From contig CAZRRJ010000004.1 of the NCBI GenBank assembly GCA_964602515.1, positions 152,220-216,219 on the forward strand: a stretch of 64,000 nucleotides of DNA. Direction: 5' to 3'. Positions 51,865-61,836 of the stretch are shown here, piece by piece. The stretch is from an uncultured Saccharicrinis sp. GTDB lineage: Bacteria > Bacteroidota > Bacteroidia > Bacteroidales > Marinilabiliaceae. Below the pieces are notes generated by a model. It did no database searches and was not told the origin of the DNA. It worked only from the letters and a program-made list of their open reading frames with translations. How positions within the stretch are numbered: position 1 is the stretch's first letter; each line of letters begins with the position of its first letter. The position numbers and the translations under genes are program-made.

Positions 51865-54078
51865 CTATTTCCTTTTAATAAAAATTACACCATTCGAGTC
51901 ATTCCCCGAATCACCTCTCACCATTGCCTTTATAGTAAAACTCGCCCCGGTTTCATATTGATCTATTGAGAATTTATAAATATTATCTTTTGACTTAATA
52001 CCTGTAAATCCGGTGTGTAGGTCTTCGGCGATCTTATTGCCATTTTTATAAATTTCTACAGATTGTATTTCTAACTTATGTGTACCTTCTATATGCCAGA
52101 ATGATAATTCGTACATTCCGTTCTGGTCTATCTTTCCAGTGGCATTCATCATTAATTCTGTAAATGTTTTACCTCTTATAAGTGATGGCTTCCATTCATT
52201 TAGCAATTGGCCATACGGTTTAAAGCGCTCATATTTTTCAGGAAAATAAAGCGGTAAAGAATACTGTTTACGGGTAACGACAGTTATCGCCTGAAAATCG
52301 CTTAGTTTTTCAACCCTAACAGGCTTTGTATATACAGGTGAATATGGATTTGGAGGAAGTCCGTCGCTTGTGTAATGTATCTTTGCTCCTTCTACAACAT
52401 TGGCAAGCGTTATTTCATATTGTCCGTTCTTTTGTTCTTTACTCATCAGTTTAGGCTGTGGTACACGGTATCCATATCCTGCCTGATCTAAACGTTGATA
52501 ATGCGTGAACATGCGCTTCTCAAAATCAAACCATTCTTTATTTTCAACAGGTGTCCAGCATGCTTCTGCCAGAGCTGCCATACGCGGAAAGGTCAGGTAA
52601 TCGAAATACTTCTCTGATCTGTTCTCATTAATAGGTATAATTTCCTGAAGTATTGTTCCATGAATAAACTGATCAGACCAAAGTGTAGCATGCCCTCCTA
52701 ATACTTGTGAACGATACTTTTCATCAATTCCTCTTATCATAGGATTAAATGCGTATACCTTTTCAAGCGAGATAGGAGGTAGCCATGTTGCTGCTTTAAC
52801 TTCACCCGGAATTTTACTTTCTGCAACATCAAAATAGCAATAGCCCGTTAGTGCCATTACTACATCATGCCCGTCACGTGTCCCAGTAATGGCTTTTTCA
52901 TTATTATGCCATACCATACCTACAGCTTTTTCATTTAAGCCTTTCTCCAACATCTCGTCCCAACCTACAATTGTTTTACCTTTCTTTTTAACCATTTCCT
53001 GGATGCGCTGGGTAAAGTAAACCTGTAATCCAGCTTCATTTTCAAGTCCTAAATCACGCTTTCTTTTCTGGCAATGAGAACACTTTTCCCATCTATCATA
53101 TTTAGCCTCATCGCCTCCGATATGGATATATTCTGATGGAAATAACTGAAATGTTTCGTCAAATACATCTTCCAAAAATTCAAATGTAGACTCCTTACCA
53201 ACACAATATAAATCACGGCTTATAAAATGTTGTAAAGGCACTTTAAAATCCCTTTCGGTACATGAGAGATGTGGATAAGCAGCAATGGCAGCTAAAGTAT
53301 GTGCCGGTATCTCAATCTCCGGGATAATCTCAACATTACGCAGTGCTGCATATGCTACCATTTCTCTAATATCATCTTGCGTATAATAACCTCCGGTTCG
53401 TTCATGCCCTTCTCCCCTAAAACCTCCAATTGATGTCAGTTTTGGATATTTCTTTACTTCCAGTCGCCAGCCTGCATCATCTATCAGGTGTAAATGCAAA
53501 ACATTCATCTTATACATACCCATCATATCAATTAAATGCATTACATAGTCTTTATCATAGAAATAACGACTGGCATCCAGCATCATTCCACGCCAAGGAT
53601 ACAAGGGTGCGTCTTCAATTTCAGCACCCTGTATTTTCCAATCTACATTACGCTGACGTTGTTTACTATATATAGCAACAGGCATGAGCTGCAGCATGGT
53701 TTGTATACCATTAAATACCCCGGCTTCTGTTTGACCTGTTATAATAACCTGCTTGCTATTTATTGTCAAATGATAGGCTTCTTTATTACCACTAATTGTA
53801 GTATCTATGTTTAAAAATATACAATTCTTTCTGGCTTTGGCACTTTCCTGTATTTCCAAATCCCATCCTGTAGGTGCAGCAATACGTTCAAATAAGAGAT
53901 TTGCCATCGGCCTTAGCTGACGGTGATAAAGTATTTTTGTATTTCCTTGAAGAGGAAAACTATGGGTACCTTCGATGTACTTTTGTGGTTTTGGAATAAT
54001 ATCTCCTGCATAGTTTTTTATCGGCACAATTAACAATAATACCAACGCCATCATTAGTTTTATTCGATTCATTTGCAT
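51865..54078 (-). CDS. GH20 beta-N-acetylhexosaminidase
   Basis: RGMMLDASRYF, HLHLIDDAGWR and HIGGDE motifs, plus a signal peptide. Confidence 0.85.
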   Translation of the reverse strand: MQMNRIKLMMALVLLLIVPIKNYAGDIIPKPQKYIEGTHSFPLQGNTKILYHRQLRPMANLLFERIAAPTGWDLEIQESAKARKNCIFLNIDTTISGNKEAYHLTINSKQVIITGQTEAGVFNGIQTMLQLMPVAIYSKQRQRNVDWKIQGAEIEDAPLYPWRGMMLDASRYFYDKDYVMHLIDMMGMYKMNVLHLHLIDDAGWRLEVKKYPKLTSIGGFRGEGHERTGGYYTQDDIREMVAYAALRNVEIIPEIEIPAHTLAAIAAYPHLSCTERDFKVPLQHFISRDLYCVGKESTFEFLEDVFDETFQLFPSEYIHIGGDEAKYDRWEKCSHCQKRKRDLGLENEAGLQVYFTQRIQEMVKKKGKTIVGWDEMLEKGLNEKAVGMVWHNNEKAITGTRDGHDVVMALTGYCYFDVAESKIPGEVKAATWLPPISLEKVYAFNPMIRGIDEKYRSQVLGGHATLWSDQFIHGTILQEIIPINENRSEKYFDYLTFPRMAALAEACWTPVENKEWFDFEKRMFTHYQRLDQAGYGYRVPQPKLMSKEQKNGQYEITLANVVEGAKIHYTSDGLPPNPYSPVYTKPVRVEKLSDFQAITVVTRKQYSLPLYFPEKYERFKPYGQLLNEWKPSLIRGKTFTELMMNATGKIDQNGMYELSFWHIEGTHKLEIQSVEIYKNGNKIAEDLHTGFTGIKSKDNIYKFSIDQYETGASFTIKAMVRGDSGNDSNGVIFIKRK

Positions 54079-54580
54079 ATGCTTTTATTATTAAAATCTA
54101 TTACATTTTACGAACACACCCCTACATTTTCTTTTTTACTAAGGATATTAATAAAACTCCGAAAGGATTTACTTCGTAAAAATACTTTACACTGCCTTTT
54201 TATAAAAATAACACATTAAATGAATTGTACTTTTGGGATGAATGGTACCTTTTTACACTAAAACACAATAACAGTACTCTATCCAATACTAATACATTAC
54301 CCCATTTATTAACCACATTACTCCTTTATTCAATATATCATAAACACAATAATTCTAATAACAAGCACAAGCAATGCTGCATTAGCATCAATCCTTATTA
54401 CATAAATCCCCTAGATTCTGGAAAAACTATTGGCTTATATTACTTATAAATATTGCGTTTTCTTTACCCCCCTGGTCACTTCCTTAAGTTCTATACATAG
54501 TGAATTATGCAAACAGCATTTAAATCGGTATCTCAAATAATTATAAGTCCTATAATTATTTAATCAAGATCAGTTAACCT

Positions 54581-54606
54581 TTTTTGACAATATTATTTGT
54601 CAAAAA
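54581..54606. promoter_or_regulatory. inverted repeat TTTTTGACAA-N6-TTGTCAAAAA
   Basis: 10-bp perfect arms, 48 bp downstream of the heparinase-family gene's stop codon. Could be a hairpin or a dimeric-regulator site. Confidence 0.3.
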
Positions 54607-54654
54607 TCCCATAAAAATATTTGAAATAACATATCAAACTGTTTTACACGTATC

Positions 54655-56811
54655 TTATTCCTTTATCAGGTGGATGATACTTTTACCCTCTGATTTTTCA
54701 ATTAACACAACTTCTCCTTGAACAAATTGATTATCTACTTTAAAAAAATGTGTTGCCGGAGCAGGAGAATCATGTACTACCATCAGAATATATTCTTTAT
54801 TATCCAAACTAATTTTTACTGCTTCAGCATAGTTATCAGAAAGTAATTTCTCATTACGATTGTAAACTGGAATTTGTTCATATTCTAGTTCTGTCTGATC
54901 CGGAAAATAAAGAAGTGAGATAAACGAAGTAAAACCTTTATTTTTTAGATATACCTCAGCCCTTACAGTCTCTTGTTTTAAATTATATTCCGGGGACCAC
55001 CATGCCTCTGTTAACTTAATGTCTACCGTTTTTACCGGTTGAATTCGCAAATTATTATCTTTATATGTTGTTGTTAATCCACCGTCAACAACATCCACTT
55101 TCTTATTAGGAAAGTTAAAATATTGAGAGTAAGTATGTACTTCTTTCCCTTGGAAGCTATCAAAAACCAACCAGATATTTGGCTTTAAAAATAACAATCG
55201 CCTTTTCATTGATACAGGATCTTCCAAGCGCTTATAGGCGGTATTCTCAGCCTCTCCATAATCAAAAGTAGTACTTATATTTGTATAGATACCTTGCGAA
55301 CGGGCTTCGTATTTATTAACCCATGAATTAGCATAAACCGAATTTGGCAAATGGTCGACCCCAAGCGTATTATGGCTTATATTACTTTTAAACAAATCTC
55401 GCCACTCATTATTAACGTACGTATAACGTCCTCCATCAACCAGGTAATCTCTATGATTAGCATAAATTGTAAAATGAAGGATATTATCATGCCCGTGCCC
55501 ACACCCTAACTTTTTCAAATGAAATCCGGTATATGTTGCATTTTCCTGCCAAGTATCCCGCATATAAAAATCACCAGAACCTTTCTGGTACACAGATAAA
55601 AAATCAGGTTCTTTTACTGCAAGTCCTGTATACTCTTTTGCTTGTTTAATTCCTGCTGATAAAAATGTTTCGTAATCTAACTTTTTAAATGCTCGTGATT
55701 TTATAACCGGGTCTTTAAACAAATGTGCTGCTGTTGTGAGTATACCGCGTAGGTTAGTATCATCACTATCACCTAGTAAAGGTTGATGATAATTAGGCTT
55801 TTGCCACTTAATATTAGCATAAGCCATATCTTTTATTTTTTGCACCATCCCCTGAGGAAGTTCAATATGGCGACATTGAGCACTTTTCTTAATATTTAAA
55901 TAACAATGAAACACTTCATTATGATACATCGGAGACTGTTCCCATTGACTGCCATCATCCAAAATTTGCAAATTAATACATGTATTTAGTTTATTAATAG
56001 CATCCTGTTGCCATTGAGAAGCCTCTTTAAATTCTGTGAAGTAACATGCCAGAGTAAAAAGACCATTATACTCTATTACCCCCCAATTGCTGGTTTGCGA
56101 GAAGTTAGAAAATGAACTGTTAATATATTCTCCATGTTGATGCAATGAACGAATAAACAAAGCCATAAATTCTGGTGTAATATATTTTGACCCTTTTAAA
56201 TATTCATAAGCTTTTATCCAGTTCTCACATCTAATGCCTGCTTCTATTCTTCGCCATGTGTAGTTTTTCAAATTATCACCCAAAGGGTTTTCAGCAACCC
56301 AATGCGTTACCTGATCAACAAACGCTTTGGCATATTTCTCTTTTCCAGTTAAGAAGTAAGCTTTTCCAAGATCGACCCAAAATTTATGTCTATTTAACAT
56401 ATAACACCACTCAAAATCACCATTAGGCATTGCTTTCCAGTCTATTTCACCTTTGAACTGATGAGGGATATTTGTTTTTTCCATATCCCAATCATTTCTG
56501 AACAAAAAATATTGATCAAGTACCTGATCAGCAACATTAATACTATTTTCTACATCTTCTTTATATGTAGACTTTATATATGCAATATCACGCTTTGTTA
56601 CTTTTAAATACAAATTGTCTTTGGTTTGAAAGTGAATCATCAACTCTTTTAAAGCTTCAACTTTATCCCCTTTTTTATGGGCATCACTAATTGCCTTAAG
56701 CTGCAACTGACTGTAATCAAAGCAATCAAATACATCACTATTATTACTTTGTGCAAAAACACCAAAGGTTACAAAACAGAAAATCAGAAAAATTACTTTA
56801 CTTAATTCCAT
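54655..56811 (-). CDS. heparinase II/III-family polysaccharide lyase (PL12-like)
   Basis: 718 aa with a signal peptide and an alpha/alpha toroid N-domain. ..GCGHGHDNILHFTIYANHRDYLVDGGRYTY.. is typical of the Hepar_II_III C-domain. Confidence 0.75.
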   Translation of the reverse strand: MELSKVIFLIFCFVTFGVFAQSNNSDVFDCFDYSQLQLKAISDAHKKGDKVEALKELMIHFQTKDNLYLKVTKRDIAYIKSTYKEDVENSINVADQVLDQYFLFRNDWDMEKTNIPHQFKGEIDWKAMPNGDFEWCYMLNRHKFWVDLGKAYFLTGKEKYAKAFVDQVTHWVAENPLGDNLKNYTWRRIEAGIRCENWIKAYEYLKGSKYITPEFMALFIRSLHQHGEYINSSFSNFSQTSNWGVIEYNGLFTLACYFTEFKEASQWQQDAINKLNTCINLQILDDGSQWEQSPMYHNEVFHCYLNIKKSAQCRHIELPQGMVQKIKDMAYANIKWQKPNYHQPLLGDSDDTNLRGILTTAAHLFKDPVIKSRAFKKLDYETFLSAGIKQAKEYTGLAVKEPDFLSVYQKGSGDFYMRDTWQENATYTGFHLKKLGCGHGHDNILHFTIYANHRDYLVDGGRYTYVNNEWRDLFKSNISHNTLGVDHLPNSVYANSWVNKYEARSQGIYTNISTTFDYGEAENTAYKRLEDPVSMKRRLLFLKPNIWLVFDSFQGKEVHTYSQYFNFPNKKVDVVDGGLTTTYKDNNLRIQPVKTVDIKLTEAWWSPEYNLKQETVRAEVYLKNKGFTSFISLLYFPDQTELEYEQIPVYNRNEKLLSDNYAEAVKISLDNKEYILMVVHDSPAPATHFFKVDNQFVQGEVVLIEKSEGKSIIHLIKE

Positions 56812-57114
56812 AGTTATCTTTTACTTAACTTATTTTCATTACCTTACAAAGTGCCAATATAATAATAATTTAACAGATTAAAACAGGAATCACATGACTG
56901 AAACGAAAGAGAGTAAACTTTATAAGATTTATTTTTATTTTCAATAAGTTTTTAAACAATTTTCATGCTGCACAATCTATTATACTTGGCTATAACTTTA
57001 ATATGAAACCTCATATTACCTATAAACAAATGCCCACCCTATACATCTGCAACTACATCATTAATAGACTAAAAGAATATAACGAAAAAAAGTTTTCTTG
57101 ACCATACTCCCAAT

Positions 57115-57620
57115 ATGAGCGAAAATATACAATTGCAAAAAAATTGAGAAACGCTAAAATGGAACGTGACATTAAAAAAACAACCAGTATCTTCTCCGTG
57201 AGCGATGGAAAATCTACTAAATTGTTAAGTAAAGCAACTATTACCCATAGCTCAAAAGTGAGCCATCCAAACGCTGGATTGAGACGAGAAGTTGCTGGCG
57301 AAGATAAACGAAGTTTTTGAGTTCAAATAAAGGAGTTACGGAAGTCCATTAATTACACAAGAACCGAGGGGAGGGGGCATGAGCACCAGGCTTCCTAACA
57401 ACGAACAGCAAGGATGATGAAGTCGGCAGGGATAAAAGACAAAACGAAAAAGGAAGCTTATTACCACAACAGATTCGAGATACAATTGCCCAATTGTTCC
57501 AAATAAAAATAAACATCAAGTACCTTTTGCACACTAATAAAATCTTAGATACAATCGGTGAATTACGAACGTATTCCGGCTTTAAATCTGAATTACAAAC
57601 GATCCACTCCACTCGATGTT
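57115..57620 (+). mobile_element. IS3-family transposase remnant (end of OrfA plus start of OrfB, with stops)
   Basis: ..LQKKLRNAKMERDIKKTTSIFS.. is an IS3 OrfA C-terminal pattern. ..ARMMKSAGIKDKTKKEAYYHNRFEIQLPN.. is an OrfB N-terminal pattern. Interrupted by in-frame stops, with no DDE core. Confidence 0.55.
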
Positions 57621-57788
57621 TTGTATTAAGTATATCTTCTTTTAGGAATAACTTGAAAATTATTTCAATACGTTCGGCATTAAGGCATAATTCAACAACC
57701 CCAATTTCCACAATACTTTCAGCCCTTATTAAAAAAACTGTCATTTAGCTTATTCCTACAAGAAAAATTCACACCATTACAAAAAATC

Positions 57789-58205
57789 TCACTCACATTT
57801 TTTATATATGGTACAATCTAATTCCGGCAAAAGATCGAAGAGTACCATTAATTCTTCCATTATTATATCTTTTTGATTTCCATCAAAGTTTGCATTAAAG
57901 ATGGTATCATTGAAACAATCCCAATCGAGCTTGGTAAATCCTTCAGAATTAAGTTTCTTTTCAAGTAGCCCCTTCACTATAAACATAAACTCCTTACGCA
58001 AAGGCAACACACCTCTTTTTGCTTCAAAAAATAATATTCGACTAATTATCAACAACTCATCATCACATATACTATCTATACTATGATTAAAATCAATCTT
58101 AATATTCCAATTTGCCAACTCAGAATACAATCGTTCTACTGACTGATTAGTTTTATCAGTCACATCAACACCTGCGTTCAATAAGAAATTATATAAAGTC
58201 ATCAT
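57789..58205 (-). CDS. hypothetical acidic cytoplasmic protein (138 aa)
   Basis: Clean ORF with an ATG start, rich in D/E, no signal peptide and no motif I recognise. Confidence 0.45.
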   Translation of the reverse strand: MMTLYNFLLNAGVDVTDKTNQSVERLYSELANWNIKIDFNHSIDSICDDELLIISRILFFEAKRGVLPLRKEFMFIVKGLLEKKLNSEGFTKLDWDCFNDTIFNANFDGNQKDIIMEELMVLFDLLPELDCTIYKKCE

Positions 58206-58397
58206 TTAATTTTTATACCACCTACTGATTCTTAAATGCAGGACATACGTTATGATGAATCAAAACCTACATTATCTCAACAACAAATATTTTATACACT
58301 AGATGCAAAAGCTTCATATGAAATCAATTTTCCGGCGATCTACTATCATAATCCGCTTTCACACCTAGATTTTCTTAACTCCTTAAAATATTAAACC

Positions 58398-58799
58398 TTA
58401 CTTCTTAACTATATCATAAGTAACTGGCCTTTTTTTAGCCTGAAAACCACCTTTATTAAGTTTATTATTAAACTTATAACGATAGTGGCGAGATATATTA
58501 CGTACAAACTCACCTCTTCTGCCCGAACAGCTTGTCGTTCTAACTTTACATGACACCTCACTTCTAACTTCATACGTACTAATGATGCACTTCCCTTTTT
58601 TGAGATCTTTCTTCGAAACACCCCTGTCGATATTGGCTGAATCATTGATTAACATTACATCATATTGGCTTAAACGTTCAATAATTTCAGAAGGTATTAT
58701 AAGATTATTTAACGCTACATAATAAGTGTTCACAGCCTTTGCATAAAACGAAATTATACAGAGACTCAACAATACTCCAACAGATGAAAATGATTTCAT
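58398..58799 (-). CDS. hypothetical secreted basic protein (133 aa)
   Basis: Signal peptide MKSFSSVGVLLSLCIISFYAKA, a K/R-rich mature part with several Cys, and no motif I recognise. Confidence 0.45.
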   Translation of the reverse strand: MKSFSSVGVLLSLCIISFYAKAVNTYYVALNNLIIPSEIIERLSQYDVMLINDSANIDRGVSKKDLKKGKCIISTYEVRSEVSCKVRTTSCSGRRGEFVRNISRHYRYKFNNKLNKGGFQAKKRPVTYDIVKK

Positions 58800-60269
58800 T
58801 AAATGATTTTGAGTTTATAAATTATGAAACGAGATTAGACATAGCATTTCAAAAACACAACTTTGTTAGCTTGATAAACAAAAACCTAATCTTAAAAAAA
58901 TTTACTTTAAGCAAGTAAAACTCTTCTCTAGTTTACTTATTTAACACCTTGTTTTACTTTTTAAGTATTAATTAAGTAATTTATGTACAAATTGCAAATC
59001 ATCTCACATTCCACAAATAATTTCCACCTAAAATACAATTCTCTTACGTTGAAATTTGACCTCAATAATCAAAAAAATAAGATAAAGTGAGCATTAACAA
59101 TGTTTAGGGCTATCGTTCTAAAGCGAATATACAAATTTATGTGACAATAAAAAAATGATCGTTAGGCAGATTAGATTTTTTTACAAAATTCCCACTTATT
59201 ATTATATTATATTTATTGATACATAACATATTTACTATAACTCATACATTTAAATATTATCACATACAGGCATATAAATACCATTCCCAATACTCTTACC
59301 ACCTCTTACAATCTTTATCATTAAACTTAAATAATACAGCACATCCTCACATTTAAATCAACTTCCTAAAAAACATCACTTTATCTCAACAATACATATT
59401 TGAAAAAAATATTTTAATATATCTTACCACCTTATACGAAAGGTCGGATATTTCTGTAAAATCTTCAACAGGCATTTCATTATTATATGCATTAATAATT
59501 ATGCAGGCAAATCCCTTACCTACGTCCAACTTATCAAAAGAAACACATACACAAGCCATTTTAAGCTAAAAAAAACTTATCAACATCCTGTCTCTTCGTA
59601 AAGTCATACTCACAATACATCTCTATGAAAATTAAAACATAAACAGCAAAGCACAAATAACGTTTAAGTCAATATGACAATCTGTAAAAACTCCTTTAAA
59701 GTGTTCGAATGTTAGTTTTAAAAACATTACACGCTCTCTCAGCAAGCCTCCATTGATTCACCACACATTATCACCTCCATTCCCAAATAAGAAACCGTTA
59801 CTGTTCTCCTAATTTTACAGATTTATATGAACTAATCTATAAAGAATACCTTCTGCAAACCCCAACTATTTGATATCAGTTCTTTTATAACCTCTTTATA
59901 AAACCTTATATCCAATGGTCTTTCCTTAAATATAAGATTTAAAAAAACTTATCTAAATCATTACACTACCAGAACAGAAGCTCTAGCTCACCAGCCCTTC
60001 CCAACACTAAACCTAACATTAAATACCCCCATTCTTGTAATGTGAGTTCTATTTAATTTTTAAAACTCATATTGAAGCAAATATTTGATTTGCAAAACAA
60101 ACATATGATAACACTGGAAGAGAAATAGCGTAGTGTTTCAAAAAAAATTGACGCTGTAAATCAGTTTTTCATTCTAATCTTCATCGTTCCACATACAAAC
60201 AGGAGTTTTCTTCGCGCAATTGAGTATCATGTAAAAAAATAGCTCCAAAACTTAAATTGCTCATCTTTG

Positions 60270-61175
60270 TACACTACAAGAGTTGATAATACCACAGGGC
60301 ATATTGGATTATTTTGAGATTACAAGTTTTAACCAGGGAAACAATGAGCAATAATTTACTACAAAACATTGATAATCTTTATGAATAAGAAAAACATTAT
60401 TCCCAAGGAGCGATATAAGACCAGCAGCTTTATGAAACCAAAATTAATAAACGATTACCTGCTATTAGCATACTGATTACTTTAATTACCAAAAGACAGT
60501 ACTGGGATATCTAAATAGATGGACAATTCCAAAAAAGCAAATAGAGACTAGAACAATCTAGCACGTAGCATACTGCTATTTTTTTTTAAAATTAGTCTAT
60601 ATTAATACCATCAACTATCAAAGTCTGCAAATTTACCTTAGTGCTAACAGACATAAATTTCAGCACCAATACACAGAGAAACTAAGTAATTTCTACACTT
60701 GAGATCTGAATTACGTTCCTGAAGCTTTGCCTAATGGAGATACTCGCTGTCAATAGTTTGCCTGAAGCAGGTACTTGTTGTTTATACTATTGAAACAATG
60801 GAAAGGAGTACAGATACTTTTTCAACTATATCCAGATATTGAAAAAGCCTATACACTTTCGTATAAGCTTTACGAAATCTACAATCGTTTTTTTAACACC
60901 TAGCATAGCCAGAACCAGGTTGACACATTGGCTTAACAAAATTGAACAGTCCGTTTTTAATGCCTTTGCCACCATACGGTGCACTTTTGAAACACATCAT
61001 ACTACCATTATCTAATACTTTAAGACAGGATCATCAATGCGACAGCTGAATCATTTAATGTGAAAACAAAAGGCTTTAGAGGCGATTTAAGGATATAACG
61101 GAGTCAAGTTTTATTACAAACTATATGTAAAAATTTATGCCTAGACCTAAAATCTGGGCGTAACTCGCGATCCTA
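60270..61175 (+). mobile_element. ISL3-family-like transposase remnant (N- and C-terminal pieces, internal loss, many stops)
   Basis: ..GILDYFEITSFNQ.. is an N-terminal pattern. ..LYPDIEKAYTLSYKLYEIYN.. and ..NATAESFNVKTKGFRG.. followed by ..KIYA* (stop at 61142-61144) are C-terminal patterns typical of DDE_Tnp_ISL3 proteins. Confidence 0.55.
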
Positions 61176-61239
61176 ATAATTAAAATATCAGATATATTTT
61201 AAAACAAAAAGAGCTTCGTAAATACAAAGCTCTTTCGTG

Positions 61240-61314
61240 TCGGGGTACCAGGATTCGAACCTGGGACCCCCTGGTCCCAAACCAGGTGCGCTAACCGGAC
61301 TGCGCTACACCCCG
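61240..61314 (-). tRNA. tRNA-Pro (anticodon TGG), copy 1
   Basis: 75-nt manual cloverleaf: CGGGGTG..CCTGG-TTTGGGA-CCAGG..CCAGG-TTCGAAT-CCTGG-TACCCCG-A. A terminator-like hairpin follows at 61207-61237. Confidence 0.9.
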
Positions 61315-61447
61315 AGATATTGTTATTTTTTTTGTAAGCCTATATTCTGCTTACTTCTAAACCATCGGAACACCACAACCGATAATTAATATTTCAAATT
61401 CATTTTAAAATAAAAAGAGCTTTGTGATATACTCAGCTCTTTTTTTG

Positions 61448-61522
61448 TCGGGGTACCAGGATTCGAACCTGGGACCCCCTGGTCCCAAACCAGGTGCGCT
61501 AACCGGACTGCGCTACACCCCG
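61448..61522 (-). tRNA. tRNA-Pro (anticodon TGG), copy 2 (identical to copy 1)
   Basis: Same 75-nt sequence as copy 1, followed by a similar but non-identical hairpin at 61413-61446. Confidence 0.9.
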
Positions 61523-61542
61523 AATAATGAATTTAAAAGTTG

Positions 61543-61629
61543 CGGAGGGAGGGGGATTCGAACCCCCGGTACGGTTGCCCGTACGTCAGTTTAGCAAACT
61601 GGTGGTTTCAGCCACTCACCCATCTCTCC
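61543..61629 (-). tRNA. tRNA-Ser (anticodon GCT), long variable arm
   Basis: 87 nt with anticodon loop TTGCTAA, variable-arm stem GTACGG/CCGTAC and T-arm GGGGG-TTCGAAT-CCCCC. The acceptor stem has one A5-C68 mismatch in my fold. Confidence 0.85.
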
Positions 61630-61804
61630 TTTTTACTTCTTTCTTTAAAGAAAAACAACTGCTCTGCTTCCTCTATCCTACGTCCTCTTTGCGATTGCGA
61701 TTGCAAAAGTAGCAAATAGAATCTAAATTCCAAAAAGAAAATGAAAAAAACAGATACTTTTTATTTACGCTTCTTTTAGCTGTACCTTTAACTAATTAAT
61801 GGTC

Positions 61805-61832
61805 AAAAAAAAAGCTACCCGAAGGTAGCTTT
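61805..61832 (-). terminator. rho-independent terminator after floA
   Basis: AAAGCTACC-CGAA-GGTAGCTTT, followed on the minus strand by T9. Confidence 0.75.
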
Positions 61833-61836
61833 AAAA

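Noticed and set aside
54225-54449. 74-aa ORF between the GH20 and heparinase-family genes
   Set aside because: Asn/His/Leu/Tyr-rich translation of a G-poor spacer. Not credible as coding.
57349-57744. 131-aa minus-strand ORF (and the 84-aa plus-strand ORF 57494-57748)
   Set aside because: It overlaps the IS3-like remnant on the opposite strand and its C-terminal half is low-complexity. It is most likely not a gene. The N-terminal ~70 codons might still be a relic of something, but I cannot support that.
59386-59559. 57-codon minus-strand ORF (MACVCVSFDKLDVGKGFACIIINAYNNEMPVEDF...) in the ORF desert
   Set aside because: It is isolated, with no recognisable motif or upstream signal. It could be a surviving fragment of a decayed gene. 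It is mentioned only in the skew finding.
58800-61239. Large structured ncRNA (GOLLD/ROOL-like), suggested by tRNA adjacency and lack of ORFs
   Set aside because: The plus strand is so G-poor, and the minus strand so C-poor, that extensive base-pairing is implausible. Much of the right part reads as ISL3-like transposase debris.
61527-61712. 61-aa plus-strand ORF
   Set aside because: It is the antisense of tRNA-Ser plus its upstream leader, so an artefact.
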